NCBI RefSeq assembly: GCF_964204645.1
Contig: NC_134028.1
Location: forward strand, 18,793,653-18,857,652
DNA: 64,000 nucleotides
Direction of reading: 5' to 3'
From: Tubulanus polymorphus
Lineage: Eukaryota; Animalia; Nemertea
Position numbers and translations under genes: made by a program. Of the stretch, positions 49,270 through 64,000 are shown one piece after another (the first letter of the stretch is position 1; every line of letters starts with the position of its first letter). The notes under the pieces were generated by a model, which searched no databases, was not told where the DNA came from, and worked only from the letters and a program-made list of their open reading frames with translations.

Positions 49270-49929
49270 AGTATAATAACTTATAAGCTGATGAGTGTTG
49301 TGTTAAGAAAGCACTTGTCGTGTTGACATATGGCCTCGCAAACAGCATACACCAGTACGAATAAACCTTCCTGTACTGTTTTTCGATATGATCGTATGCC
49401 TATAGGCTAATACATGCAGGCGCGCGTCACCGGAATTACAGATATTATTTGGGGCAAACCACTTCATTTCATTTCAGCGAAATCGCAATATAATGGTGAA
49501 AAAAAAGATTTGGTCGTAACCAAAATTATGGGGGACAGATGCTTCATCGCCCCCCCCCCCCCATGATGCCGCTTTGACAAGCTGCCAGTTTTGCTTGGCC
49601 TAGCCTACTTAAACTATAATTTTCTGGTTATAATTTTAATTTTATAAATGCTTGACTTGAATGGACTTAATACCAAAACATATTTTTGGTGGGGGTGCAA
49701 CATGCTTTTTTCTCTTTCACTTACTGCTTTTTGACTTAATGTTTTTGTCTAATACTCCATATAACATGTATATGATGTATTTTTGATAAAGGTTATAGGG
49801 ATCATTACACAGCACAAATGTGGTGTCGATTAGTTCACATAAAAAATATGCTAATTATTTGAATATAGGAACATTTAAAGTTGTGGAAAATTTTTGTCCA
49901 TTGTAAATGTGAATGTGTGGACTCATTGG

Positions 49930-49939
49930 CATATATATA

Positions 49940-50030
<91 letters not shown>
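49930..50030. repeat. (TA)n microsatellite
   Basis: ~100 bp nearly pure TA. Confidence 0.95.
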
Positions 50031-50796
50031 TAGTATATAATAATTGGAGGTTGGTAATTTGATAACATTTATTTTCTGCACACTTCGGCAACAGGTGAGC
50101 TAATTTGGCCATTTTGGTTTGCTTTTTAACTTTTTACACATAATAATTTTTTAATATCTTATTAACCCGATCGTTGTAGAGAAATGTTTGACAATCACCA
50201 TATTTGTATATCAATGACTTGTAATATTCATCATATTGTACTCATTGTCACCTGACATCATCTGCACCGTATGCACTATTAAAATGCTGTAAGGCCGTGT
50301 TGTAATTTTTTTAAGTCAATCAGAACTATGTACATGTATATTCAAATTTTAAAATTGTGGATTTATATCAGAACAATGTGGTGTTTATTCAAATTAAGAA
50401 ATTTGTGAAATAAAAAAGTTTGTATGGTACATATATGTTCATGGTTTTGGGAGGACTTTTTAAGGAATTTCCTTTTGGATAGCCGATCTCCTGATTGGAA
50501 ATAAGTTTCTTTTGGTCATTAATTTGAATTTCATTCAGACAAAAAATGGGAATTTTCTTTGAACGAATGACCGAGTTCGTGGAACGATTTACGGGATTCG
50601 AACCCAGTGTATTGGGCTACGTTACATCGTAGGTGAAGTCTAAATGTATGATTCGTTGACCGAAATGAAGGTGACTCCCAGCCATCTGAAATAGTCAGAC
50701 CCTAAATGAAGGATCAATTAAGTTATTTCGAATTTAGATATTAACTATTGAATTGATTTGACCGGCAACCAGTCTAACCAGGGTTGCTCCAATCTG

Positions 50797-51129
50797 AGGC
50801 GCATTTGTTTGAAATCGGTTTGCACAAACCGTTACGGTCGGTAGGAAAATCGTCTTTGTTCATACCGGTTTACTAACCGGTTTTTTTTTTGTTTATGCGT
50901 AAACCTAAACGGTTTGCATAAACCGACTAAACCGCTTTGCGAGCGGTTTGCAGGTCATCAAACCGACTTTTCCAACATGGCGGAATAAGTACATTTCCGC
51001 GGTCAGCTGACTCAACCCCACTTTTCGTTCTGTCGCATTTGTTCACACTACGGCAAACCGGTTTATGACGCAACGAACCGATATATAATTAAACCGGTTT
51101 ACACAAACCGATTTCAAACTAACGCGCCT
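50797..51129. mobile_element. PIF/Harbinger (Tourist-like) MITE
   Basis: TIRs AGGCGCATTTGTTTGAAATCGGTTTG/CAAACCGATTTCAAACTAACGCGCCT; TSD CTG; many internal AAACCG/CGGTTT motifs. Confidence 0.8.
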
Positions 51130-53751
51130 CTGGGTGACACAGGGAACACGAAAATTTATCAGATAGAAAATAAGCGTCATTAAATATACAAACTTAATGA
51201 CAAAATAAACAATTGTAATGGTTATTTTAGAACGTCAATATTGATGACGTAGTGCACATGAACTCTTTAAATAGTACCCCTTAGTTAATGCATAGTTGTT
51301 ATAAATGCATTTTTGTAACGGTTTCTATGCCCCCCAAAAAAGAAATCACATGCAATATGCCATGCAAAAATATATGTTCACCCGCTTTTTTGTGGTGATT
51401 TTTCGTTTTTGCTTCAAACGAAGTTAACCGACTTCTTAGACACGGAGACGATCTTCGATTGTGCGCCGGGCTATTTCTGGCAAGATACGAAGTGAACATT
51501 CTGTCATACCAAGACTGCCTAAAAAACGTCTCATTCTTTTTATCAATACATTCTATTTGAATTAATTACGTGGTATTCTGCTTAAAAACAATGAAAGTAA
51601 ATGTAAAGCTTGTTTACTATAGCTGTTCCTATAAAAGCGAGTCTAATTGCTTTTAAACGCATAATTTTTGGAAGGCGCAGAATGGACGGTTCGGTTCAGC
51701 GCCTGGTTTTGCGAAACGAAACGAAATATCCTTTGTATGGTATATTGTATGAATCCCTTTTATATTCGGCCCGAATACGCAAATATCAGCTATACCGTAT
51801 GAATGCGAAGTAATGCCGTGCCAAGAGATCATAAGTCTTAGAGTCTTGTACATATTACCGGTAAAACCTCAAGCTACTCGATAGAGAATCCAAAGGTATA
51901 AAATCCCGAAGAAAAATGGTAGCTTTTTCTCTGCATTGGAATTGCCGACCAAATCATATTGCCTTTCAGTGAATCAACTTGACGCCGGTTCATCTCCGCC
52001 AAAATCAGTGAACTAACTGAAAGTTAATAATTAGCGTTGCTTAACTTCCTTAGGATACTCGAAATGTCGTCACAAGGAAAGCATGAGTTACGAATCACCA
52101 CAATCATACGACCCTGGTGAAATGCTAATGAAATATCCAGTCTCGTCGAAACCTCCTGTTCTATATTAAACAACTAGCGAATCCAACAGTAGAAATTTAA
52201 AATGTGCCGCTAAACTGAACTTTGGAATGTTCTACCTAGTCAGTCTTTCAGTTGAATATCTTAAATAAAATCTGAAAACATATCTTAAAGGACCTGCAAG
52301 AGGTTTTCTATGATCAGTATTTGTGTAAAGATTTTTATCCAATTGGCAACGTCATGTTGAGTATAGTTCTCCGATGATTGCATTTTTGTAATAAAGCTTG
52401 TCTCATTTTATGTAAAATGCGATGATGACATTGTAGATATTGAGCTGTATTTAGAAAATAAATCATCATTGAAGGTTTCCAGTGCACGATGTTTCCACTC
52501 CTTTGAAACGCCGCCACAGCATCGGGTGGTTTCGTAAACCAAATTTTACACACGTCCCAACGAATGATTCCTTTCGGTGTCCATTAAAAAGGTAAGATGT
52601 TTTACGAGAATTTTTCTGCCTGCGCGAATTGCTAATTGAATACCAGCTGGATGTTGCTACGAGCGTGATAAATCGCCGCTGCCTTTCTTATCATCATTCC
52701 AATAGAATTTTTTGCAAAGCAGCCGCTTGTGGTAAATGAAGCTTTTCGCCTTTTCGCTTGAATCATACGATAATCCATTAAAGAGCAATCGTGTCTGGGG
52801 CTTACCAAAGGACGATTAACAAAAAGTAAATGATTGGATCTAACCGACAGCCATCGACTATACAAAGCCATGTTTAAAGAATAATCCCCGGTGAATGCAA
52901 AACTAACACATTCGACAACTTCGAATGATATTCTTAAATTACGAGTATGGGCCATATATGCCCCTAAATGGAAACGCGATGAGACGTAAAAACTTACCAG
53001 CTACAAGTCAGCTACGAGTGGCATATCTCAATCGATTGAAATACATTTGTACTACCTCCGTTTCGTTCATTCGATATCGTTTCCATTTCTTGAACACATT
53101 TTGCCAAAGTAAGCTCATGGTGGGCAAGTATATGATACGTGTATCAAAGGATATGATTCTGAATGTCTTCAAAGAATTCTGAGACCGCATCGTTTCACAT
53201 CAGTCCGACGAATATTCTTCATTGTCTACGTTTACGGATGTGTAATTTCAGACGTGTAATTTCAGTTGATGTCCGAATAATATGCCGGATAGGGGTAAGA
53301 ATGGCGAGATAAAACTCACCGGTGAGCGTAAACTATGAATCTAAATGTCAACTCAATCCAAATCCGCGCAAACACCGGCCGATATCGCTACTACAGATAA
53401 AAACAATGACATAGTGACTTTTGTTATTGGGACAAACAAGCATTCTTAATTGATCTCCACGGGAGTTTTGTCTACGAATTTCCTCGAAATCGCCCACGAA
53501 ATACAACAACAACCGATATATAAATTAATTACAATGACGAAAGACTGATCAAATGGTCTCCAAACTGTTGACGTTGGTATTAATAGTTCGTAGTTGCAGC
53601 GGGGATCTCATGATGTCAACGAGGATACTGTTCGAGGTACAGTACGTCATTCGTTGCGGAATGAATTAATAAATGGAAATTTCAGTATCTATGGCTAAGG
53701 GGGTCAGGTCATTATATGATGACGACAAGCACTACACGGATTAGATCAATC

Positions 53752-55050
53752 CAGGGAAGTGTGATGAGAACTGAACACGAGAAAACACACATACAGGTAT
53801 TTTTTACATTTATTTTTATAATCAATACAATCCTTTTAGGTTATAAAATAATAAACGAATACAGAAAATAATATATAAACATAATATAAAAAATCCAGAT
53901 AAGTACATGTTAAAATAATAATCATTATCATTATTTTCGCAGGAACACTATATATTTGGAAAAGGCTATGACTGAAGTGATTAACCATCGAGTATTTAAA
54001 TTCAGTTCAAATGGAATGGCAGCAGTACATTATGGAAAATCGATCGATAAAATTTTGACTACAAATACGTCGCCGTCCAGACTTGGAATTAACCAGTGGT
54101 TTACATGTCCATTGTTTTAATTTGATAGTCACAGGGACAGTTTTTTTTAACGTTTTTGTTCTTACGCCATTTTTGTAATTTGACACGACACATATTAGAT
54201 ATATATCGGGTACTGTTCAGTATCATCATCAAAATCAATGTTGAACAACTCCTTCACATGGCTTTTGAAATTATTTTTATCGATAGGATGACGATCCGGA
54301 GGTTTCGCATTTTTTCCACACAATCGACAAAGATCCATGACTAAAAACAAGAAAAGGTTAATTAAATGAGATTGCTGATGCTATTTAGGCAACTTGGTTT
54401 ATATGGGGGACAATAACTTGTAGGCCTAATGTAAGCGTTATTAAGTAACATTATTATGTAGTAAATACACATTTTAAAGATCATACTTCGTGTATATGTT
54501 TGTGTCGTAACATAGCAACATGACGTCAGAAACGAAAGCTGCGCGAGTCTGGGCCGAAATATTTGACATCTTCAAGGCCCAAATAACGCTAAACCCGGAA
54601 TCGGAACGAACTGGCAAAAACATATGTTTAACACATAAAAACAGACTTTAATCACAATATAAATACTTAATGTTCCGATACCGGGTTTCGGAGATATAGA
54701 AGAATAAAAATACATACCTTTTTGGACAAATTTTACGAGAAATTGTTGAATTTCAACCGATTTTCTGAAGAAAAATATGTGTATACACAGCCACTTCCAC
54801 GTTGTTCCGTTGTTCAATGAACTGCAGTGCGCATGCGTAGTATCGATCGCAGAACATTTATCGGGCTAAAACTATTGCGGGTTGTTCTGCGACCAAATCA
54901 AAGTTGATGTTGACTGGTGTTCAGCTGGTAACACACACTCGATAAGCGTAGCTTACTGCTGTTGCGGTAACCTTTGATGTACGGGCTGAATTGAATAGCC
55001 TACATCCGGCAATTAAAAGCGTCCGTATTCCATCTCATCACACTTCCCTG
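53752..55050. mobile_element. Non-autonomous DNA transposon, probably P superfamily (1299 bp)
   Basis: Perfect 18-bp TIR CAGGGAAGTGTGATGAGA; exact 7-bp TSD ATCAATC (53745-53751 and 55051-55057). Confidence 0.82.
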
Positions 55051-56744
55051 ATCAATCTAACCAATTTCAATCAGTCGGGATTGATATAATTAGATACGGA
55101 CGGTGTTGTTCTTACACTTATGGTACGAGAGCACCGAGTTTTGGAGTGCAATTTAACTCCCCGTTGCATTATAAGTGTCTGCATGCGTCACTTACCTTTC
55201 AGTGCGACGCGTTGATATTAACCCATTACCACCAAATACAACCGGATGGTTGGGTAATGATGGAGCCATCCAAACCCCACACCTCCGTCTGCGATCACGT
55301 CGAGCTAAGTCATTGGTTGACATTTTTTTGTAAAGGACGTCCTACATTGCTTACAATTTTCACATGATAACATTAAGCGCAACGTTCACTTCTTATACCT
55401 AGGTACTTGTCCCAGTTAAAACGTGAATAGATATGAATATACTTTGACACTGTTATCGTGGTGTTTGAAAATATGTTTCCACCAGTCTTTGAATATTAGA
55501 TGGTAAATTTATAAAATTGATTTTTTCAACGTGTTAATTTTCCGGAATTCCTATTGATGTAAAAAGCCAAGTCCATCAAAATAAGAGATTTCCATTAAAC
55601 GATATCCGAGACTTTGCAGAAGGATCGTTGACCCCCTCACTATCTGTCACTAAGTTCGAATTGAATATGTTAGTTTCTATCCCTTCAATCCAGAAGTCCA
55701 TTGACATAACATGGTTGCAACCTTGTGATAAGTATTGCTATGTATTTACATATCACAACAGTGGTTTATTCGATTCATTTTGAACATTATTTCATCCGAA
55801 ATCCAAAAATAACCCACATTTACATAGGCGACTAGTATGCTATAATTATCCACGTATCCATCGGCGCCCAGGTCCTTCTAAAGTTGGGTGTCCAACAATT
55901 GCTGTATTCCAAGTAAACTTGCTAAACAAAAGATTGAACGTAAGACTTTCTGTCTAAATATCCTTCTAGACAGTCTTACTATTGTTCTTTTATTACTTGT
56001 ATCACTGCCCCAAATGTGTCAATTAGCATATCGGAATATCTCCTAAAATAAGCAACGCGTAAGTAATTCCTTTCGATGAATAAACAATCAATCTAGATAC
56101 TAATATATACATACCGGTATATACATTATGCGTGTAAATATGGAAACTATAACGACGAACCACGTGACAAAGACAAAAGCTTTTCTTAAGTATCATTATT
56201 TGATATGAGTAACCATAAACGTATCATAACGAAGAAATTGGTGGAACACAAATCAAATGAAGAAAGGAAGATTATCAGAAACGTATGTACGTAGATGTGT
56301 TGAAACAGAAGAATATGAAGGCAGAACAGCCCAAAATCATTAGAAAATGGACGGGAGAGACTTGAAAATGAAGTTATGATACGTCGTTGCAATTGTATCG
56401 AAGAAGATATTGAAAAACAACAGTGAAAATCTATGAGAGACAAAAAAATCTGTAATGAAACTTACTGCAGGCAATATTGAAGAGGCTAAATACAAATTTC
56501 TTGCGCCTATTGGAACAGTGAGCTATTCATTTTACAACAACTTGAAACACATTTTGTTCAATGCAGAGTTAAACATGTTTTATCTATATGCTATGAATTA
56601 ACTTCATCGAAGAAAAGGGCCTCGGAAAATCAATAATCATTCCTTCTTAATATGCTCCCCTCGATATACGAAATTCATTTCAATGATCATCACCGACGTG
56701 ATGCATTCGGTATACCGTACAGGATTCTGATAACAAATTTAGAT

Positions 56745-58257
56745 ACCCACTATATACAAAAGATTAAAAGCGAATTTTAATCAAAGATTAAAATCAAAAG
56801 ACATGACGTGTCGATCATCGTCCGGTCACGATGAAAAAGTGCACGCATTTGAATCTTTTAATTTTGTATATAGTTGCATGGTAAGTTTCAAACTTATCAT
56901 ATATTCTTCACATCAGGGTGTGGCTTTTCTACTAGGATTCTAATAGCTTCACGTTAGTAGGATTTGTATGGTATACATTTTTTTTAAAGCAGTTTTGTTT
57001 GGCTGTCACCGTTTTCCCTAGATATCTAGTCTTTTCGCATAACGGTAACTCTAAACGGAAATTACATGAACGAAACTTAAACTATGAAACCCAAAAGTTC
57101 AAAAAGTTCAAGGAAATTTTGCTAAAATCGATGCGCTTTTTTACTTCATCTGAATGTCCACCTTGTTCATTCCCATAATTGGAAATGTAGGAACACAAAA
57201 TGGACCCCGAGATTACCATATTCCAGTCACAACGCAGTTTTGACCCCAGAAGAACTAACAACCCGACGGTTTCTGATATTCTACGAAATCCTTGCTTAGT
57301 ATACTGCTGGATTTCCACTTTTACAGGTACCCTGCATATTGAAAGGATTGTGTGTATCGGTTCATGAGTCCACTTTAACACTGAACTCGTGTACCCCGGG
57401 AACAGCGAGTGGGTATTTATTTCCAGTAGGCCCTAAAATGTCTCTAAATATTCACATTGAAATATTTATCCTGACTAACAGTCGTTTGAGGTTTCCGTAA
57501 GAAAGTCTTGGATATGGGATAAGAGGAGTTTTTTCGCGCAAGCAGAAATTCTTAATGAATTCCTATAATAGAATTCATGAAATCATGTTTTCCATTCAGC
57601 CTTACCATTCATAGGCGTCAACCATTAGAATACCCGATTCCCTCTCTTCTATCCACCACCTCGGACTTAGAAAATCTGTGTCACCGTCTTCCTTGCAACA
57701 GTGGAAATCTTCAAACGTATATTCTTCTGGTGGAAGTTTGTGGTCTGATCTGGATTAAGACAGATAAAAAACAATCTAAAAACAAATCAATAGATTACTT
57801 AAAATTAGAATTGTCAATGTGTTAAAACACGTGTTACGTATTCATCAAATTTGAAAGTCGCGGTCGAGATAACACGTCTGCTTTAAAGTTGAAAAGGTGG
57901 CAGCACTATCTACACTCTTTCGATTGAAAATAATTTCTTATTTTCATGATGTTCTATCATGGACTATACAATGAACATATATACTTCCCTCGGTATGAAA
58001 ATACAATAACAGATTAAAGACCCATTATATACAAAATTCATAAGATTTAAAGCGAATTTTGTTATCAAAGTAAAAGATCAAAAGACACGACGAAACATCG
58101 TCAGGTGAAAATAGCTTTTGAATTCTGTATATGGTGGGTTTTAAACTTAACACCTATTCTCCTCGTTAGAGTTTCTTCTAAATTATATCATTCTTCTAGT
58201 TTGACGTTAGGACTTTCGATAATATTCTAGAAAAAGCAGTTTTTGTTTGGCTGTCAC
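56745..58257. repeat. Two diverged ~250-bp direct copies (56745-57009 and 58020-58257), each starting with a small foldback
   Basis: Shared ACCCA(C/T)TATATACAAAA...AAAGCGAATTTT...ATCAAAAGACA...AAGCAGTTTT(T)GTTTGGCTGTCAC. Confidence 0.7.
57606..57749 (-). CDS. Candidate upstream ANKFN1 exon (144 bp, phase 2-2)
   Basis: SDHKLPPEEYTFEDFHCCKEDGDTDFLSPRWWIEERESGILMVDAYE; ccag/gtaagg; open in the required phase. Confidence 0.5.
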
Positions 58258-58603
58258 GGCACATACTAAAAGCATTAGTTGATGATTAATTTCCATATTT
58301 TTGGAAAATGTTTTTTTTTAAAGAAATCGTGTAATATTTCTCAGTCCAGATTCAAGACGCCCGCACACGAGCACATCTTGCGTACGCATTAGAGACCCAG
58401 GTGGGTGAAGTGCCTCAGTAGATGATGCATATCATGAAGTCACTTGTTCATAACAATAACCGGATTATTGCTTTCGTTACGCAACATTACAGAGTTTGAT
58501 CGTGAAATTGTTGCTACGGAGTACCACAATGTGATAGGCCTGTATAATAGTTGAAACAATAGTGTTTTAAATTTGAAACAATAGTGTTCTAATGGTTACT
58601 CAC

Positions 58604-58740
58604 ACATCGAATTGAAGATCATTTTCTGCAAAGAGATCATCCAGATCTAGTACCTCTGGCTTCTCTTCTATGGGTAACAGATCTGTATCTTCTTTATCGA
58701 TTATCCGAGGAAAATTGTCTTGAATCTTTTCTATGCTCAT
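58604..58740 (-). CDS. Candidate distal first coding exon
   Basis: MSIEKIQDNFPRIIDKEDTDLLPIEEKPEVLDLDDLFAENDLQFD + GT|gtgagt; acceptor tacag just before ATG; phase 2. Confidence 0.5.
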
Positions 58741-60060
58741 ATCTGTAGCAGTTTACCTTGTCTCGCTTTTATACCATTTATCAATACATTAATGCGTCTG
58801 ATTCTGATTAGATTGATTTTTCAAACCACCTCTGTTGAGAGACTGTAAAAGAAGGTGATCGAGATCATGTAAGTCTCCGTTTTTGCATGTAAGTATTGAT
58901 AGCCTATAATGATAGAATAGATGAAAGTTGAGAAGTTAAAATAGATGAGTAAACAGTTAGGCCTACAATGGTGAAATTACACGTTTGAACTCAAAATTAA
59001 AACCTTAAAATATCAACTACGTCTTAATTTGGAGACTACACTATGAAAAACGATTACATCGTTTGCAGTGGCGGAAACAACGTTACCCGTCTCCTTCTGA
59101 AAACAATTCTGAGACAATTTCTCAGAAGAATGGGATTGGGATCGGCGTGAAGAAAACAACATTCAGGGTATTCGTTTTGTACCAACATCTACTCGAGTAA
59201 AACGGTACAAAACGACTTTCGGACTATTCACACTAGTCGTAGAAACGACCATAGAAAGTGAAAATGGACAATAGGATCTTAGACCGTTTATAGTTATTTC
59301 AAAATGTCGATGAACTAAATGAATCAGCGGAACCAAAATTTCCATGATGTACTGTGATTCAAACAAAAATTCTGTAATTCGACCGATCATCCAACAATTC
59401 GATTTGCGAATTCAAAATCAAATACATTTCATTCGTTGCATGAGAAACACCGAATCAAAATCATAAATTCAAATAGATAAAAAGGAAAATTTCATATTTG
59501 AAGATATTAGAAACACATACTGCTTTCAACCGCCGGATATAGAGATAAAGCAAAAAAAACGGGCAAATCGTAATGGCGCACGCGTAAACCAATATTTCAA
59601 CTCACCAGTGTTAGTCTGATTTAACACTTGCTATTATTCCATAACACATAAAAATATATGGCAGACAGCGCACAAAATTTCCTAACTCCTGCCTAACTGA
59701 TCGCATACGCTGAGCCTACCATACACAGAGATATACAGCTTTGGCCGTACAGAATAACAATGGTGAATAGATTTAGAGAGATTTAGAAGTGGATGTAATC
59801 CATCATACAAATATAACAATCGTTGACCAGGTTTTGTCATGTTGACCGCATTATTAGACATCCACAAAAATTACGGCTCCATTGATTTCCACCACCTAGG
59901 CAGTAATCGATTGTATTGATTGTATTATAATATAATTGGCGCATATTCGTACCACATTAGCAATCAACTACGGAACATTAATTAACGATTAACAAATCTT
60001 AAAATGTGGAAATTTTGTCTCATAATCTTTATGCTTTGACTGCGTACTATTTTGAGTCTA

Positions 60061-60140
60061 TAATAATAATAATAATAATAATAATAATGTTTATTTTCAT
60101 ATAGCGTTATTCTCATTACAGACTCGTAACGCTTTACACA
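60061..60140 (-). mobile_element. L2/CR1-type LINE or SINE 3' tail with (ATT)n
   Basis: Minus strand TGTAAAGCGTTACGAG...AACGCTATATGAAAATAAAC(ATT)n. Confidence 0.5.
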
Positions 60141-63100
60141 AAAACAGGATAAGTAATATGATAAAGATATAAAACGATAGTACGATACAGAGCATTACAT
60201 TACAACATAGAGCCAGTTTATGCGTTTCGCTTGTGGTTAAAGCTGTATTGATAAAGCTGATACCATAAATTCATAAAGACTATCAATTTTGCTGATACGA
60301 AATCGAAGAATTGTCAAAAACAATCTACTCCAATTGGTGAGAGTGAAAATTGCACTTAGTTTGAAAAGTATTTGGAGATATTCACACCAAAGCTTGTTGA
60401 GTAATTGATGTATCATTATATTCACGAGCCAATGAGTTCACATACCGATGCGAAAATTAACAACATTTCATATTTCCGATCCATTTGAACCCTCTACGAA
60501 ACGCAGGTTTACTTATATGACGCTTACATGGCGTAGATGAGTTGAATCGAGGCCACACCCAGAATTTATACTATATCGACTCATGATGATCTATTCGTTA
60601 TAATTAACCTTTCATTTACGCACACGAAGACAAACATCAACCTTACAAGGTAACTGAATGATATGAGAAAGGCTGCTAATGCGAGATAGTAACATCAAAT
60701 GTTGAAGATGTTATCTTGGACCTTGTATATGTATATAATGTCTAAAATGCTGTTTTAGAAGACAGATAAACAATCTCAACATTCGATCAAAACCATTGAA
60801 AAACTTGTTTACAAATAATTACAATAATTCTCAGTCCTTGTAAAACATCATAATCGGTTATGTATAGGCCTAAACGTCTTCATATTCGACAGATTATTGT
60901 ACCCTATACCATAGGGTATAATTATCACAGCTTGCGCAGAATAGAAAAGCGTTAAATGAAAAATGTCGTATTGCAATCCACGCCTTCCATTGATGTTTAT
61001 ATATAGATATTTTTGACCGAAAAATTATCATGATTTGAATCTTTTTGAGGGCACTCACACTTGCAACCGAACTGGGCAAATATTTGAAAACAGAATGTTG
61101 ATATTTGACAAGCTTAGTTGTGCCTGGGAAGATTATATAGCTGTATCTTTAATTGCGAATTATCAACAGAGAATACGATTCGTCAGTTTGATTGAGTTTA
61201 TCGTTAACACACCATTTATTTATTCTAGTTCAGTCAACATTGTGCACAGTATAATACTTTTTATAATAGCATCACAACATTGCGATAACCGTGGTTTTTT
61301 TACTTCGGCTTAGCTGTGCGCGCCAGATGGCCAAAATGACGTACTGCACAGACGTCCATTCTGTGGGGGTCGGACAGCCAAGAGCTCACGACGTCGACCA
61401 CTACAATATGATGGCCTAATATGACAGTGGCCTTACTGGTATTTCCATTCATAATAAACTAAGTCGTGACGTCGACTACGGTACTCAATGAACTGCTCAA
61501 ATGTCTGCATATATATTTCAAGCGATGAAGTGATTGAAAGTTCTGCAAGGAAAATGTATTGTCAACTGATCTCAAATATAAACATTGCTTGGGATATTTG
61601 TCGATTGGGTTTTAATAGTATTGACTAAACACCTCTGTCTTTTCGAGAATCTGAAGAACGCTTGTGATACATAAATCCAAACCACTTATGTGCAATGTGC
61701 TGCGGTGGAGAATTTTAAACGTAGCATTTTTTGTTAATCTTGTTCTTATACATCGAACGTCGATGAAAGAAAATAATTCATCACTAAACGGGTTATATAT
61801 GAAACACGGTGCTCTCATATAAAAAACTAAGGTATACGTCGGGCTACAACGCGACGGATACCGACGCAACGGGGTTATTGGAAACTTGCGGGAAGTGGGA
61901 AGTATTGCTGTTATATCATCCAGACATATAAACGGCTTACGACGCAAACCATGCCTACATATAGCGACTCGTTGCAAGCCGTCAAGGATTCTTTTTATCA
62001 AGCCAATCAGAGATGCACGTGGATGTAGCGTCATCATTCGTGGTAATTCAGATATCAAGGAGTTGTTTTATTGTTTTATTAAAATACAAATAAGAATTTA
62101 GACTGAGAAAAAAAATATAGCATTTCTTTGTGAAATTACGAAGCCTATTAACTCCTAAATATGTTAGTTTAATGTGTTTGTTTTGTATTTCAACCAATAC
62201 TTATATGCTCAAATATCAAAGAAATTCTGATTGAATTGCTCATGACACGGGCTGTCCAATTCTACTAAGCGGGCATACGACCATTTTCATTTTTAACATG
62301 ACCATCTACAGTCAGCTCAGTTGCCAGTGATCATAAGCGGGAATAGGGCACGTTGCTGGAAATCGAAGTGCATCTGACATAGGCTGGGCTACAATGGCGT
62401 TTACTCTCAGTTGTGTCGCTATCCGTTAGTATCAGTCGCATCTTCGCCGACATAAGCTAGCCTTATGAGGTTTTTATGTTAAGACGATCAATGGACTTTC
62501 TCAACCTAATCGAGAACGATGGGCTATCGTTTTATTGTCCATGATTGCACCAACTGACCCGTCATCGAAATATAACCTCGGGAAAAGGCTCGATTTTTCT
62601 CACTTATTCATATAGAATTTTACATGTATTATTTTGTCCATTGCCTATGTTGACTGGTATTGCCAAAGGGGATTACTAATTATTTGAATCTCGGGCTTAA
62701 GTGATCAAGCCTACACGCTGAGGTTTTGTCTCACGTATCATAACCTAAAAACGTCGAACCGACAATACCTACACCTAAAATTGTTCAAGCGTGTGTTAAA
62801 AACCGTGAACATAAAACGGTTAACGCTCGACCAGTTAGATTTAATCAGCGCATTGAAATATACGTTTGTTGCTGTAGAACTGTCTAATAGTTGAATCAAT
62901 AGGCTTTAAAACGTGTATCTCTTTCAAATTTTACTTTACTGTAAATAGAGAAGCGTCTCTATTTCAAACATTTTGATGGTACTTATATGTATACCCCCTT
63001 AGAACTAGCTCAAATGATACCTAATTACTTGCGTACTAGTCTTGGTTAAATTCGCATTTTTTTCTGTAGATGCGATTGCATGGTATTATGTACTATTCAA

Positions 63101-64000
63101 CGCAATTATGCAAATGAAAATCCGGGTTATGCATAACTGTGGGTTCTGAGGCAAAACGTTTGAAAACTTTGATCACAGTTAAAGAGGGAGAGAATGATTT
63201 AAAGAGTAGCTAGCGACACAAAGGAGTTGAAGAGTCGGGACAAGTACCCCGGTGAATTTCTAACAATAAAACCATATGGCGCAGTGAGAAATCTCGTCGG
63301 TAGTACTTGTAACGATGTACCCATGCCTATTCATTTCAAATAAAAATGTATGCGATCAAAGCGAAATCATTTGTTTTTAGTTATCTTGTAAGCAAAGTTT
63401 CTACCCTAAGGCAACCCATTTTATCTGTTACTCAATGCATCAACGTAACCGAATTCAAACAATTCTAATTGTTTAGTTTTTAAATGTTTTCCTTTTCATT
63501 GCATATACATACGTGTTCAGTACGATTAAAAGCTAGTAGCGAGCGAAATAATGATAAACACTGACCGACCTACCTATAATGTAGTCCATCTACGCGGAAA
63601 AATTAAGTGTACGGAAGTTACAGCAGGGGGCATGTGACACATTCCCTCCGTGTGGTCGTGAGTGTGTGTCTCATCTACGAGTAGTCATTGATTGCTCGTC
63701 GGTCTCATTCGATTGAAAGTGGTTCTCGTCTAGTCTGCAGAGGAAACCCGATCTCACCAATAGGCTTTCACATTTTACCTGCGTTACTACCGCGTTAAGT
63801 ATAAATCTATAGTCCACACGGGATCAATAGTAATCACTTTAATGGACATTGTTGTGTCAACATTTCATTCGTGAGGTTGAGTTCCCAATATAATCAAGAT
63901 ACGTCGCATCATAGAATGCAACCAGTAACGAAGCATATCAATCGGGGGATCGCTCACGTTTGGGTGGACCAGCAAAGCGTACTGCCATTCATAAAAGATG

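Noticed and set aside
61612-62058. 148-aa ORF
   Set aside because: No domain signal, atypical composition, no splice support.

Overview
Eukaryotic (invertebrate animal) genomic DNA. Bases 1-15543 are an AT-rich, decayed endogenous Polinton/Maverick (adintovirus-like) element. It carries a fragmented protein-primed PolB (vOTU-like and EndoVII domains), an rve integrase with chromodomain, an A32-like packaging ATPase, a penton-like gene, an NCLDV-style HNH endonuclease pseudogene and several small membrane-protein ORFs. A 1457-bp solo LTR is nested inside it. Its right end is an unusual ~400-bp imperfect palindrome whose apex is an array of GCGNAGC mini-hairpin motifs. Half of that palindrome is duplicated at 5967-6197, and a related palindrome with the same upstream flank lies at 48928-49269. 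The rest of the window is one large minus-strand intron-rich host gene, ANKFN1/wide awake (ankyrin, FN3, C-terminal RA domain). I could reconstruct it exon by exon with matching splice phases, including several candidate alternative first exons. Its introns hold MITEs, SINE fragments, (TA)n microsatellites and apparent P-element excision footprints. All identifications are by eye from motifs; no database searches were run.
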